From Antedon mediterranea (taxonomy: Eukaryota; Animalia; Echinodermata), in the NCBI RefSeq assembly GCF_964355755.1, contig NC_092670.1, positions 38,614,388 through 38,678,387 of the forward strand: DNA of 64,000 nt. Reading direction: 5' to 3'. The position numbers and the translations under genes were made by a program. Below the pieces are notes generated by a model that made no database searches, was not told where the DNA came from, and saw only the letters and a list, made by a program, of their open reading frames with translations. Positions 49,701 through 62,816 of the stretch are shown in pieces; positions within the stretch are counted from its first letter, which is position 1, and every line of letters begins with the position of its first letter.

Positions 49701-51959
49701 CACTTTAAACAACAGTTTCACAATAACTTTACAATATAATATCCAACCTCTAATCCAACAACCTTCTTCAAAATAAATGCTTCAATCAAAATCCTTCTCC
49801 CACTTACAATTGTCATACTTCCCCTTATATACAATATGTTCATAACCTTCTAGATCATTCCTTATACTTCTCATTATTACATGATTACAGTTTCTATTAA
49901 TAGGACTTCTGGAATGTTCTTGATTGTTCTTATTAATTATACATGGTTTCTTAAATCAAAACATCTAATTCTAGAATGTTCATGTAAATACTATGTTACT
50001 CTATATGTTAGGGAATGGTAATTTATTACACTCCCCCCTCTTTCTGAGCTCAAAACTCTTTCTTGGAGTTTTGAGGGGAAAGTATACACGGACGCGTCAA
50101 AACTTAACCCACTCCTAGTCTATAAAACTTAAATACGCCATAATAACATAGAAAATAATTATTAATAATTACTAATAATGAACCAACAATATTCATGTAA
50201 ATTTGTCGGAATGGTTCACTAACAATTACTGACATAGGAATCATTCAATTTAGTTTTATACTTTGAGGCTTTACAATACTCTTTCAATGAAATATCATGT
50301 GAAAATTTCAAAACACTATTACTGCAATGATATAAAACCACTAATTTCTCTATGGGTTCCGTCTGGTGTTTAGTAAAAGCATGCATAAATAAAATTCCGT
50401 CCTTACAGACCGTCATATCTTCCCGACATAAACCTTCTTTCCTTTCAATATCTTCCCGATGTAAACGTTCTTGGTTATCCATCATCTGCTGCATCAGAAG
50501 ACTCTGTTGTTGTATTTGTTGCTTCATTAACAACACTAAAAAGTCTGTACTGCTGTACACTTTACCGGATATTGTTGTTGATTGTTTATCAGCCATATTT
50601 TAAATCTGGATGAGGGTCTTGTTACTAGTTAATCGTAGTTACCGAGACGTTCACAAGTCTACTGTTCCAAATAAATAATGTACTGTTCTTAAAACAATGT
50701 TTGTGTACTTACGATTAAACAAAACGTAGCACCACGGCTTCCGTAAAATATCTCAGTATCGTAAGTACCACTTCCTCAAAATATCAATAAAAGTACAGTT
50801 GATCCTAAACAGCCACCAATCTATGGCAAAATACAGTAGATCAAACTGCTACCACAAAATATCACAACCGTACTGTAGATAAATACACAGTTAAGTCGAA
50901 CAGTAGATCGAAATAACCGCTGCCACCAAATTAGGCTGAACACCGCTGCCACCAAATTAGGCTGAACACCGCTGCCACCAAATTATGTCACGAACTCCTC
51001 TCACGTATGTTTCCGAGCGGTTGAAAATACTTTAGGAACTCCCTTGTGACATAAAAGTATACACACAAAATCCACAAAGTTGTAAAATAACTCAAAAACA
51101 AAGCTTTAATTTCAATCAACTTCAACTTTCAACAATCCAGTAAGCACTTTAAACAACAGTTTCACAATAACTTTACAATATAATATCCAACCTCTAATCC
51201 AACAACCTTCTTCAAAATAAATGCTTCAATCAAAATCCTTCTCCCACTTACAATTGTCATACTTCCCCTTATATACAATATGTTCATAACCTTCTAGATC
51301 ATTCCTTATACTTCTCATTATTACATGATTACAGTTTCTATTAATAGGACTTCTGGAATGTTCTTGATTGTTCTTATTAATTATACATGGTTTCTTAAAT
51401 CAAAACATCTAATTCTAGAATGTTCATGTAAATACTATGTTACTCTATATGTTAGGGAATGGTAATTTATTACACTCTAATACAAGTCCAATAAAATCTT
51501 TAAAATTACCGATATGTTGGTGTGCTCCAGTAGCTAGACTTGAACACAGTTTCTGAAAAACAAAATATGAAATGACTGTATGTAAATTAAAATGCAGAAA
51601 TCCATTATTTTATACACAGGAATAATTAAAAAAAACGTATATCCAGTGCATGCATATGATTTTAAGCATTTATGACGATTGCTTATATTTAATACAATTA
51701 CAATTGGCAAGAGGCATATTGAGAATGGGAGAAAGTGCTAACATACAGCAATACTACTGTATACAGTAGTAATAAATCGAGTAGTCAAAGTAATTCATAA
51801 TTTCATTGTAGCTGTCAAATGGGTGGTGCATGAGTATGCACCTATTTCTATCCTGTCTCCTGAATCTTCCCCCGACTTGTTTTAAAGAGGGCGTTTATTT
51901 GACTGCAGCGCTCCTGTAATTCATGATAAATCGTTACCTTTAGACGTGCTTCCTCCCAT
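43725..51959 (-). CDS. Exo-alpha-sialidase (GH33, NEU2/3/4-like), ~376 aa, 8 coding exons
   Basis: Exons 51959-51938, 51552-51510, 49153-48977, 46739-46507, 45770-45690, 45143-45031, 44623-44474 and 44036-43725 sum to 1131 nt in frame. Motifs YRIP (split by an intron), AFSEKR, MNPVP, Asp-boxes SHDGGETW, SENNGETW, SSDACKTF and SKDKCQTW, AVGPGH, GECQ, INCR, GCQGS, LFSNP..RRNL, SAYSDL and CLFE. Confidence 0.93.
44102..44236. mobile_element. hAT-like MITE with a 5-bp TSD
   Basis: TIR CAGGGCCGTAGCCAC / GTGGCTACATCACTG, flanked by GTAGT on both sides. Confidence 0.6.
47164..48714. repeat. Pair of ~72-bp inverted repeats 1.4 kb apart in a sialidase intron
   Basis: 47164-47235 (TACAACAGAAATACACAAAATG..CCTATAGCTGGTACAAACATTT) matches the reverse complement of 48643-48714 with about 2 mismatches. 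Confidence 0.85.
49542..51474 (-). mobile_element. Non-autonomous LTR retrotransposon (TRIM-like or deleted Gypsy-type), 1933 bp
   Basis: 489-bp LTRs at 49542-50030 and 50986-51474, TG..CA ends, identical by eye. Minus-strand PBS TGGTGGCAGCGGTG after the 5' LTR and PPT GAAAGAGGGGGGAG before the 3' LTR. The 955-bp interior has no RT or integrase. Confidence 0.95.
50219..50596 (-). CDS. Short ORF inside the LTR element, possibly a gag N-terminal remnant
   Basis: Sense to the element, ATG start, Gln/Glu-rich coiled-coil-like first half (MKQQIQQQSLLMQQMMDNQERLHREDIERKE). The gag assignment rests on position only. Confidence 0.45.
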   Translation of the reverse strand: MADKQSTTISGKVYSSTDFLVLLMKQQIQQQSLLMQQMMDNQERLHREDIERKEGLCREDMTVCKDGILFMHAFTKHQTEPIEKLVVLYHCSNSVLKFSHDISLKEYCKASKYKTKLNDSYVSNC

Positions 51960-52766
51960 GGTACGCTTTAATGCACCTGTAAAATGCAGTAAAAAAATAC
52001 AATAAGAAAAACAAAATTAATATAAAATACTAAATCTTTATACTCTGTTAGAGCTGTTTTGAAACACACAATGCATGTGATAATGCTAGTCTAGTATCTC
52101 TCTTATGTAAGTACAGTTCGAAGTTCGTAATCAAATAATAGTCTGGTGGGCTTAAGGTTTACTCACATAGAGATAATGAATCTCTATGGTTTCTAGGCCT
52201 ATGTATTATATAACAATAACAATATAAAGAACATACGGCATCCACAAACCATAGAAAAAATACAAATAAGACACATCACATAAATTTCCAACGGGCGTCA
52301 ACAAACGAGCATAAATGCAGAATTCATGAAGACCATGGAGTAAATAAAGATCAAGATTACATTTAACATTAGTAAATGAAAGAAATTAGGTGGAGTTGGT
52401 ATGACAGTCTAAAGTTCAACAATAATGTACAGCATAAAAACATATTCATGTTTCTATTGGATACAATTTGTGTAGAGCCAGACCTGTGTACGGTTTACGC
52501 AATTACTACAGTTCATTAATAATATAGGCAGGCCTAGGCTAGTAGGGGAATCTGCTAGTAGTGGCCAGACAGGCAGAGAGGGCGGCCGCCCTGCCTACAA
52601 TTACCTGTACTTCTAGGCGCTTGTGTCAAGCTAGCCAACAATAAGCCAGCCAACAATAAGCCAGCCCACTTTTATTTTTTCCAGCCAACAATAACTATGA
52701 AACGCCGTTTGTGCATTCTTTACATTTTCATTGTTACTTATGGCTTTTATGGTATTAGGAATTAAA

Positions 52767-55700
52767 TATTTGTGAGAAAAACGGCGGATTGTTCCTGGGA
52801 TTCACTTGGTGGGATTATACTAGGGTGCCTCCTTAGTCGTCCAGTATAAGTTAGAGTGGGACCACTGGTCACGTTTACTCAGCCCTCATCTTTAAAATTT
52901 GAGTGTAACTCAATTACGATTTTTAAAATATAGTTAAATTTGAAACTGTATTTGTGAGAAAATGGCGGATTGTTCCTGGGAGTCACTTGGTGGGATTATA
53001 CTAGGGTACCCCCTTAGTCGTCCAGTATAAGTAAGAGTGGGACCACTGGTCCGGTTTACTCAGCCCTCATCTTTTAAATTTGAGTGTAACTCAATTACAA
53101 TTTTTAAAATATAGTTAAATTTGAAACTGTATTTGTGAGAAAATGGCGGATTGTTCCTGGGAATCACTTGGGGGGATTATACTAGGGTACCTCCTTAGTC
53201 GTCCAGTATACGTTAGAGTGCGACCACTGGTCCCGTTTACTCAGCCCTCATCTTTTAAATTTGAGTGTAACTCATTTACGATTTTTAAAATATAGTGAAA
53301 TTTGATACTGTATTTGTGAGAAAACGGCGGATTGTTCCTGAGAGTCACTTGGTGGGATTATACTAGGGTACCTCTTTAGTCATCCTGTATAAGTTAGAGT
53401 AGGACCACTGGTCCCGTTTACTCAACCCTCATCTTTAAAATTTGAGTGTAACTCAATTACAATTTTTAAAATATAGTTAAATTTGAAACTGTATTTGTGA
53501 GAAAATGGCGGATTGTTCCTGGGAGTCACTTGGTGGGATTATACTAAGGTACCTCTTAGTCGTCCAGAATAAATTAGAGTGGGACCACTGGTACCGTTTA
53601 CTCAGCCCTCATCTTTAAAATTTGAGTGTAACTCATTTACGATTTAAAAAATATAGTGAAATTTGATACTGTATTTGTGAGAAAATGGCGGATTGTTCCC
53701 GGGAGTCACTTGGTGGGATTATACTAGGGTACCTTCTTAGTTGTCCAGTATAAGTTAGAGTGGGACCACTGGTCCCGTTTACTCAGCTCTCATCTTTAAA
53801 ATTTGAGTGTAACTCATTTACGATTTTTAAAATATAGTGAAATTTGATACTGTACTGTATTTGTGAGAAAACGGCGGATTGTTCCTGGGATTCACTTGGT
53901 GGGATTATACTAGGGTACCTCTTTAGTTGTCCAGTTTAAGTTAGAGTGGGACCACTGGTCCCGTTTACTCAGCCCTTATCTTTAAAATTTGAGTGTAACT
54001 CAATTACGAATAATATTTTAAAATATAGTGAAATTTGATACTGTATTTGTGATAAAATGGCGGATTGTTCCTGGGAGTCACTTGGTGGGAATATACTAGG
54101 GTACCCCCTTAGTCGTCCAGTATAAGTTAGAGTGGGACCAATGGTCCCGTTTACTCAGCCCTCATCTTTAAAATTTGAGTGTAACTCATTTACTATTTTT
54201 AAAATATAGTGAAATTTGAAACTGTATTTGTGAGAAAACGGCGGATTGTTCCTGAGATTCACTTGGTGGGATTATACTAGGGTACACCCTTAGTCGTTCA
54301 GTATAAAGTAGAGTGGGACCACTGGTCCCGTTTACTTAGCCCTCATCTTTAAAATTTGAGTGTAACTCATTTACGATTTTTTAAATATAGTGAAATTTGA
54401 TACTGTGTTTGTGAGAAAACGGCGGATTGTTACTGAGAGTCACTTGGTGGGATTATACTAGGGTACCTCTTTAGTCATCCTGTATAAGTTAGAGTGGGAC
54501 CACTGGTCCCGTTTACTCAGCCCTCATCTTTAAAATTTGAGTGTAACTCAATTACAATTTTTAAAATATAGTTAAATTTGAAACTGTATTTGTGAGAAAA
54601 TGGCGGATTGTTCTTGGGAGTCACTTGGTGGGATTATACTAGGGTACCTCCTTAGTCGTCCAGTGAAAGTTAGAGTGGTACCACTGGTTCCGTTTACTCA
54701 GCCCTCATCTTTTAAATTTGAGTGTAACTCAATTACGAATAATATTTTAAAATATAGTGAAATTTTATACTGCATTTGTGATAAAATGGCGGATCGTTCC
54801 TGGGAGTCACTTGGTGGGAATATACTAGGGTACCCCCTTAGTCGTCCAGTATAAGTTAGAGTGGGACCACTGGTCCCGTTTACTCAGCCCTCATCTTTAA
54901 AATTTGAGTGTAACTCATTTACGATTTTTAAAATATAGTGAATTTTGATACTGTATTTGTGAGAAAACGGCGGATTGTTCCCGAGAGTCACTTGGTGGGA
55001 TTATACTAGGGTACCTCTTTATTCATCCTGTATAAGTTAGAGTGGGATCACTGGTCCCGTTTACTCAGCCCTCATCTTTAAAATTTGAGTGTAACTCAAT
55101 TACAATTTTTAAAATATAGTTAAATTTGAAACTGTATTTGTGAGAAAATGGCGGATTGTTCCTGGGAGTCACTTGGTGGGATTATACTAGGGTACCTCCT
55201 TAGTCGTCGAGTAAAAGTTAGAGTGGTACCACTGGTTCCGTTTACTCAGCCCTCATCTTTTAAATTTGAGTGTAACTCATTTACGATTTTTAAAATATAG
55301 TGAAATTTGATACTGTATTTGTGAGAAAATGGCGGATTGTTCCTGGGAGTCACTTGGTGCGATTATACTAGGGTACCTCCTTAGTTGTCCAGTATAAGTT
55401 AGAGTGGGACCACTGGTCCGGTTTACTCAGCCCTCATCTTTAAAATTTGAGTGTAACTCAATTACGATTAATATTTTAAAATATAGTGAAATTTGATACT
55501 GTATTTGTGAGAAAATGGCGGATTGTTCCTGGGAGTCACTTGGAGGGATTATACTAGGGTACCTCCTTAGTTGTCCAGTTTAAGTTAGAGTGGGACCACT
55601 GGTCCCGTTTACTCAGCCCTTCTCTTTAAAATTTGAGTGTAACTCAATTACGATTAGTATTTTAAAATATAGTGAAATTTGATACTGTATTTGTGAGAAA

Positions 55701-57284
55701 ATGGCGGATTATTCTTGGGAGTCACTTGGTGGGACTATACTAGAGTACCCTCTTAGTCGTCCAGTATAAGTTAGAGTGGGATCACTGGTCCGGTTTACTC
55801 AGCCCTCATCTTTAAAATTTGAGTGTAACTCATTTACGATTTTTAAAATATAGTGAAATTTGATACTGTATTTGTGAGAAAATGGCGGATTGTTCCTGGG
55901 AGTCACTTGGTGGGATTATACTTGGGTACCCCCTTAGTCGTCCAGTATAAGTTAGAGTGGGACCACTGGTCCCGTTTACTCAGCCCTCATCTTTAAAATT
56001 TGAGTGTAACTCATTTACGATTTCTAAAATATAGTGAAATTTGATACTGTATTTGTACGAAAATGGCGGATTGTTCCTGGGAATCACTTGGTGGGGTTAT
56101 ACTAGGGTACCTACTTAGTCGTCCAGTATAAGTTAGAGTGCGACCACTGGTCCCGTTTACTCAGCCCTCATCTTTTAAATTTGAGTGTAACTCATTTACG
56201 ATTTTTAAAATATAGTGAAATTTGATACTGTATTTGTGAGAAAACGGCGGATTGTTCCTGGGAGTCACATGGTGTGATTATACTAGGATACCTCCTTAGT
56301 TGTCCAGTATAAGTTAGAGTGTGGCCGCTGGTCCCGTTTACTCAGCCCTCATCTTTAAAATTTGAGTGTAACTCAATTATGAAAACATTTTTAAAATATA
56401 GTGAAATTTGATACTGTATTTGTGAGAAAATGGCGGATTGTTCCTGAGAGTCACTTGGTGGGATTATACTAGAGTACCTCTTTTGTCATCCTGTATAAGT
56501 TAGAGTTGGACCACTGGTCCCGTTTACTCAGCCCTCATCTTTAAAATTTGAGTGTAACTCAATTACAATTTTTAAAATATAGTTAAATTTGAAACTGTAT
56601 TTGTGAGAAAATGGCGGATTGTTCCTGGGAGTCACTTGGTGGGATTATACTAGGGTACCTCCTTAGTCGTCCTGTAAAAGTTAGAGTGGTACCACTGGTT
56701 CCGTTTACTCAGCCCTCATCTTTTAAAATTGAGTTTAACTCATTTACGATTTTTAAAATATAGTGAAATTTGATACTGTATTTGTGAGAAAATGGCGGAT
56801 TGTTCCTGGGAGTCACTTGGTGGGATAATACTAGGGTACCTTCTTAGTTGTCCAGTATAAGTTAGAGTGGGACCACTGGTCCCGTTTACTAACCCCTCAT
56901 ATTTAACATTTGAGTGTAACTCAATTACGATTAATATTTTAAAATATAGTGAAATTTGATACTGTATTTGTGAGAAAATGGCGGATTGTTCCTGGGAGTC
57001 ACTTGGAGGGATTATACTAAGGTACCCCCTTAGTTGTCCAGTTTAAGTTAGAGTGGGACCACTGGTCCCGTTTACTCAGCCCTTATCTTTAAAATTTGAG
57101 TGTAACTCAATTACGATTAATATTTTAAAATATAGTGAAATTTGATACTGTATTTGTGAGAAAATGGCGGATTGTTCCTGGGAGTCACTTGGTGGGATTA
57201 TACTAGGGTACCCCCTTAGTCGTCCGGTATAAGTTAGAGTGGGACCACTGGTCCGGTTTACTCAGCCATCACCTTTGAGTGTAA
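52767..57284 (+). repeat. Left arm satellite, ~25 copies of the 181-bp unit
   Basis: TTTGTGAGAAAA recurs at 52951, 53132, 53313 and so on. Some units have a 5-bp insertion. Confidence 0.97.
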
Positions 57285-60200
57285 GTGACTCTCAGGAACA
57301 ATCCGCCGTTTTCTCACAAATACAGTATCAAATTTCACTATATTTTAAAAATCGTAAATGAGTTGCACTCAAATTTTAAAGATGAGGGCTGAGTAAACGG
57401 GACCAGTGGTCCCACTCTCACTTATACTGGACAACTAAGGAAGTACCCTAGTATAATTCCACCAAGTGACTCCCAGGAACAATCCGCCATTTCCTCACAA
57501 ATACAGTTTCAAATTTAACTATATTTTAAAAATTGTAATTGAGTTGCACTCAAATTTTAAAGATGAGGGCTGATTAAACGGGACAAGTGGTCCCACTCTA
57601 ACTTATACTGGACGACTTAGGGTGTACCCTAGTATAATCCCACCAAGTGACTCTCAGGAACAATCCGCCGTTTTCTCACAAATACAGTTTCAAATTTCAC
57701 TAAATTTTTAAAATCGTAAATGAGTTACACTCAAATTTTAAAGATAAGGGCTGAGTAAACGGAACCAGTGGTCCCACTCTCACTTATACTGGACAACTAA
57801 GGAAGTACCCTAGTATAATTCCACCAAGTGACTCCCAGGAACAATCCGCCATTTCCTCACAAATACAGTTTCAAATTTAACTATATTTTAAAAATTGTAA
57901 TTGAGTTGCACTCAAATTTTAAAGATGAGGGCTGAGTAAACGGGACAAGTGGTCCCACTCTAACTTATACTGGACGACTTAGGGTGTACCCTAGTATAAT
58001 CCCACCAAGTGACTCTCAGGAACAATCCGCCGTTTTCTCACAAATACAGTTTCAAATTTCACTATATTTTAAAATATTAATCGTAATTGAGTTACACTCA
58101 AATTTTAAAGATGAGGACTGAGTAAACGGGACCAGTGGTCCCACTCTAACTTATACTGGACAACTAAGGAGGTACCCTAGTATAATCCCACCAAGTGACT
58201 CCCAGGAACAATCCGCCATTTTCTCACCAATACAGTATCAATTTTCAATATATTTTAAAAATTTTATCGTTATTGAGTTACACTCAAATTTAAAAGATGA
58301 GGGCTGAGTAAACGGGACCAGTGGTCGCACTTTAACTTATACTGGACGACTAAGGACGTACTCTAGTATAATCCCACCATGTGACTCCCAGGAACAATCC
58401 GCCGTTTTTTCCCAAATACAGTTTCAAATTTAACTATATTTTAAAAATTGTAATTGAGTTGCACTCAAATTTAAAAGATGAGGGCTGAGTAAACGGGACC
58501 AGTGGTCCAACTCTAACTTAAACTGGACAACTAAGGAGGTACCCTAGTATAATCCCACCAAGTAACTCCGAGGAACAATCCGCCATTTTCTCACTAATAC
58601 AGTATCAAATTTCAATATATTTTAAAATATTAATCGTAATTGAGTTACACTCAAACGTTAAAGATGAGGGCTGAGTAAACGGGACCAGTGGTCCCACTCT
58701 AACTAATACTGGACAACTAAGGAGGTACCCTAGTGTAATCCCACCAAGTAACTCCCAGGAACAATCCGTCAGTTTCTCACAAATACAGTATCAATTTTCA
58801 CTATATTTTAAAAATTTTATCGTAATTGAGTTACACTCAAATTTAAAAGATGAGGGCTGAGTAAACGGGACCAGTGGTCGCACTCTAACTTATACTGGAC
58901 GACTAAGGACCTACCCTAGTATAATCCCACCATGTGACTCCCAGGAACAATCCGCCGTTTTCACACAAATACAGTTTCAAATTTAACTATATTTTAAAAA
59001 TTGTAATTGAGTTGCACTCACATTTTAAAGATGAGGGCTGAGTAAACGGGACCAGTGGTCCCACTCTAACTTATACTGGATGATTAAAGAGGTTCCCTAG
59101 TATAATCCAACCAAGTGACTCTCAGGAACAATCCGCCGTTTTCTCACAAATACAGTATCAAATTTCACTATATTTTAAAAATCGTAAATGAGTTACACTC
59201 AAATTTTAAAGATTAGGGCTGAGTAAACGGGACCAGTGGTCCACTCTAACTTATACTGGACGACTTAAGGTGTACCCTAGTATAATCCCACCAAGTGACT
59301 CTCAGGAACAATCCGCCGTTTTCTCACAAATACAGTTTCAAGTTTCACTATAATTTAAAAATCGTAAATGAGTTGCACTCAAATTTTAAAGATGAGGGCT
59401 GAGTAAACGGGACAAGTGGTCCCACTCTAACTTATACTGGACAACTAATGAGGTACCCTAGTATAATCCCACCAAGTGACTCCCAGGAACAATCCGCCAT
59501 TTTCTCACAAATACAGTATCAATTTTCACTATATTTTAAAAATTTTATCGTAATTGAGTTACACTCAAATTTAAAAGATGAGGGCTGAGTAAACGGGACC
59601 AGTGGTCGCACTTTAACTTATACTGGACGACTAAGGACGTACTCTAGTATAATCCCACCATGTGACTCCCAGGAACAATCCGCCGTTTTTTCACAAATAC
59701 AGTTTCAAATTTAACTATATTTTAAAAATTGTAATTGAGTTGCACTCAAATTTTAAAGATTAGGGCTGAGTAAACGGGACAAGTGGTCCCACTCTAACTT
59801 ATACTGGACGACTTAGGGTGCACCCTAGTATAATCCCACCAAGTGACTCTCAGGAACAATCCGCCATTTTCTCTCTAATACAGTATCAAATTTCACTATA
59901 TTTTAAAATATTAATCGTAATTGAGTTACACTCAAACGTTAAAGATGAGGGCTGAGTAAACGGGACCAGTGGTCCCACTCTAACTTATACTGGACAACTA
60001 ATGAGGTACCCTAGTATAATCCCACCAAGTGACTCCCAGGAACAATCCGCCATTTTCTCACAAATACAGTATCAATTTTCACTATATTTTAAAAATTTTA
60101 TCGTAATTGAGTTACACTCAAATTTAAAAGATGAGGGCTGAGTAAACGGGACCAGTGGTCGCACTTTAACTTATACTGGACGACTAAGGACGTACTCTAG

Positions 60201-62816
60201 TATAATCCCACCATGTGACTCCCAGGAACAATCCGCCGTTTTTTCACAAATACAGTTTCAAATTTAACTATATTTTAAAAATTGTAATTGAGTTGCACTC
60301 AAATTAAAAAGATGAGGGCTGAGTAAACGGAACCAGTGGTCCCACTCTAACTTAAACTGGACAACTAAGGAGGTACCCTAGTATAATCCCACCAAGTGAC
60401 TCCGAGGAACAATCCGCCATTTTCTCTCTAATACAGTATCAAATTTCAATATATTTTAAAATATTAATCGTAATTGAGTTACACTCAAATTTTAAAGATG
60501 AGGGCTGAGTAAACGGGACCAGTGGTCCCACTCTAACTAATACTGGACAACTAAGGAGGTACCCTGGTGTAATCCCACCAAGTAACTCCCAGGAACAATC
60601 CGCCAGTTTCTCACAAATACAGTATCAATTTTCACTATATTTTAAAAATTTTATCGTAATTGAGTTACACTCAAATTTAAAAGATGAGGGCTGAGTAAAC
60701 GGGACCAGTGGTCGCACTCTAACTTATACTGGACGACTAATGACGTACCCTAGTATAATCCCACCATGTTACTCCCAGGAACAATCCGCCGTTTTCACAC
60801 AAATATAGTTTCAAATTTAACTATATTTTAAAAATTGTAATTGAGTTGCACTCAAATTTTAAAGATGAGGGCTGAGTAAACGGGACCAGTGGTCCGACTC
60901 TAACTTATACTGGATGAATAAAGAGGTTCCCTAGTATAATCCCACCAAGTGACTCTCAGGAACAATCCGCCGTTTGCTCACAAATACAGTATCAAATTTC
61001 ACTATATTTTAAAAATCGTAAATGAGTTACACTCAAATTTTAAAGATGAGGGCTGAGTAAACGGGACCAGTGGTTCCACTCTAACTTATACTGGACGACT
61101 TAGGGTGTACCCTAGTACAATCCCACCAAGTGACTCTCAGGAACAATCCGCCGTTTTCTGACAAATACAGTTTCAAATTTCAGTATATTTTAAAAATCGT
61201 AAATGAGTTACACTCAAATTTTAAAGATGAGGGCTAAGTAAACGGGACCAGTGGTCCCACTCTAACTTATACTGGACGACTAAGGGGCTACCCTAGTATA
61301 ATACCACCAAGTGACTCCCAGGAACAATCCGCCATTTTCTCACAAATACAGTATCAATTTTCACTATATTTTAAAAATTTTATCGTAATTGAGTTACACT
61401 CAAATTTAAAAGATAAGGGCCGAGTAAACGGGACCAGTGGTCCCACTCTAACTTAAACTGGACAACTAAGGAGGTACCCTAGTATAATCCCACCAAGTGA
61501 CTCCCAGGAACAATCCGCCATTTTCTCACTAATACAGTATCAAATTTCACTATATTTTTCAAATCGTAAATGAGTTACACTCAAATTTAAAAGATGAGGG
61601 CTGAGTAAACGGGACCAATGGTCCCACTCTAACTTATACTGGACGACTAAGGGGGTACCCTAGTATAATCCCCAACCAAGTGACTCTCAGGAACAATCCG
61701 CCGTTTTCTCACAAATACAGTATCAAATTTCACTATATTTTAAAAATCGTAAATGAGTTACACTCAAACTTTAAAGATGAGGGTTGAGTAAACGGGACCA
61801 GTGGTCCCACTCTAACTTATACTCTACAACTAAAGAGGTACCCTATAGTATAATCCCACCAAGTGACTCCCAGGAACAATGTGCCATTTTCTCACAAATA
61901 CAGTATCAATTTTCACTATATTTTAAAAATGTTATCGTAATTTAGCTAGTTACACTCAAATTTAAAAGATGAGGGCTGAGTAAACGGGACCAGTTGTCGC
62001 ACTCTAACTTATACTGGACGACTAAGGAGGTACCCTAGTATAATCCCACCAAGTGACTCTCATGAACAATCCGCCGTTTTCTCACAAATACAGTATCAAA
62101 TTTCACTATATTTTAAAAATCGTAAATGAGTTACACTCAAAATTTTAAAAATGAGGGCTGAGTAAACGGGACCAGTGGTCCTACTCTAACTTATACTGGG
62201 TGACTAATGAGGTACCCTAGTATAATCCCACCAAGTGACTCCCAGGAACAATCCGCCATTTTCTTACAAATACAAGTTCAAATTTAACTATATTTTAAAA
62301 ATCGTAATTGAGTTACACTCAGATTTAAAAGATGAGGGCTGAGTAAACGGGACCAGTGGTCCCACTCTAACTTATACTGGACGACTAAGGAGGTACCCTA
62401 GTATAATCCCGCCAAGTGATGCCCAGGAACAATCCGCCGTTTTCGCACAGATACAGTTTCAAATTTCACTATATTTTAAAAATCGTAATTGGGTTACATT
62501 CAAATTTAAAAGATGAGGGCTGAGTAAACGGGACCAGTGGTCCTACTCTAACTTATACTGGGCGACTAAGGAGGTACCCTAGTATAATCCTACCAAGTGA
62601 CTTCCAGGAACAATCCGCCGTTTTCTCACAATTACAATATCAAATTTCACTATATATTAACAATCGTAATTGAGTTATACTGAAATTTAAAAGATGAGGG
62701 CTGAGTAAACGGGACCAGTGGTCCAACTCTAACCTATACTGGACGACTAACGAGGTACCCTAGTATAATCCCACCAAGTGAATCCCAGGAACAATCCGCC
62801 GTTTTTCTCACAAATA
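57283..62816 (-). repeat. Right arm satellite, ~30-31 inverted copies of the same unit
   Basis: Reverse-complement units (..CAGGAACAATCCGCC..TTCTCACAAA..) run from the junction to the outer TIR domain. Confidence 0.97.

Noticed and set aside
54600-54854. 84-aa ORF as a foldback-encoded protein
   Set aside because: A chance reading of satellite units with no transposase motifs.
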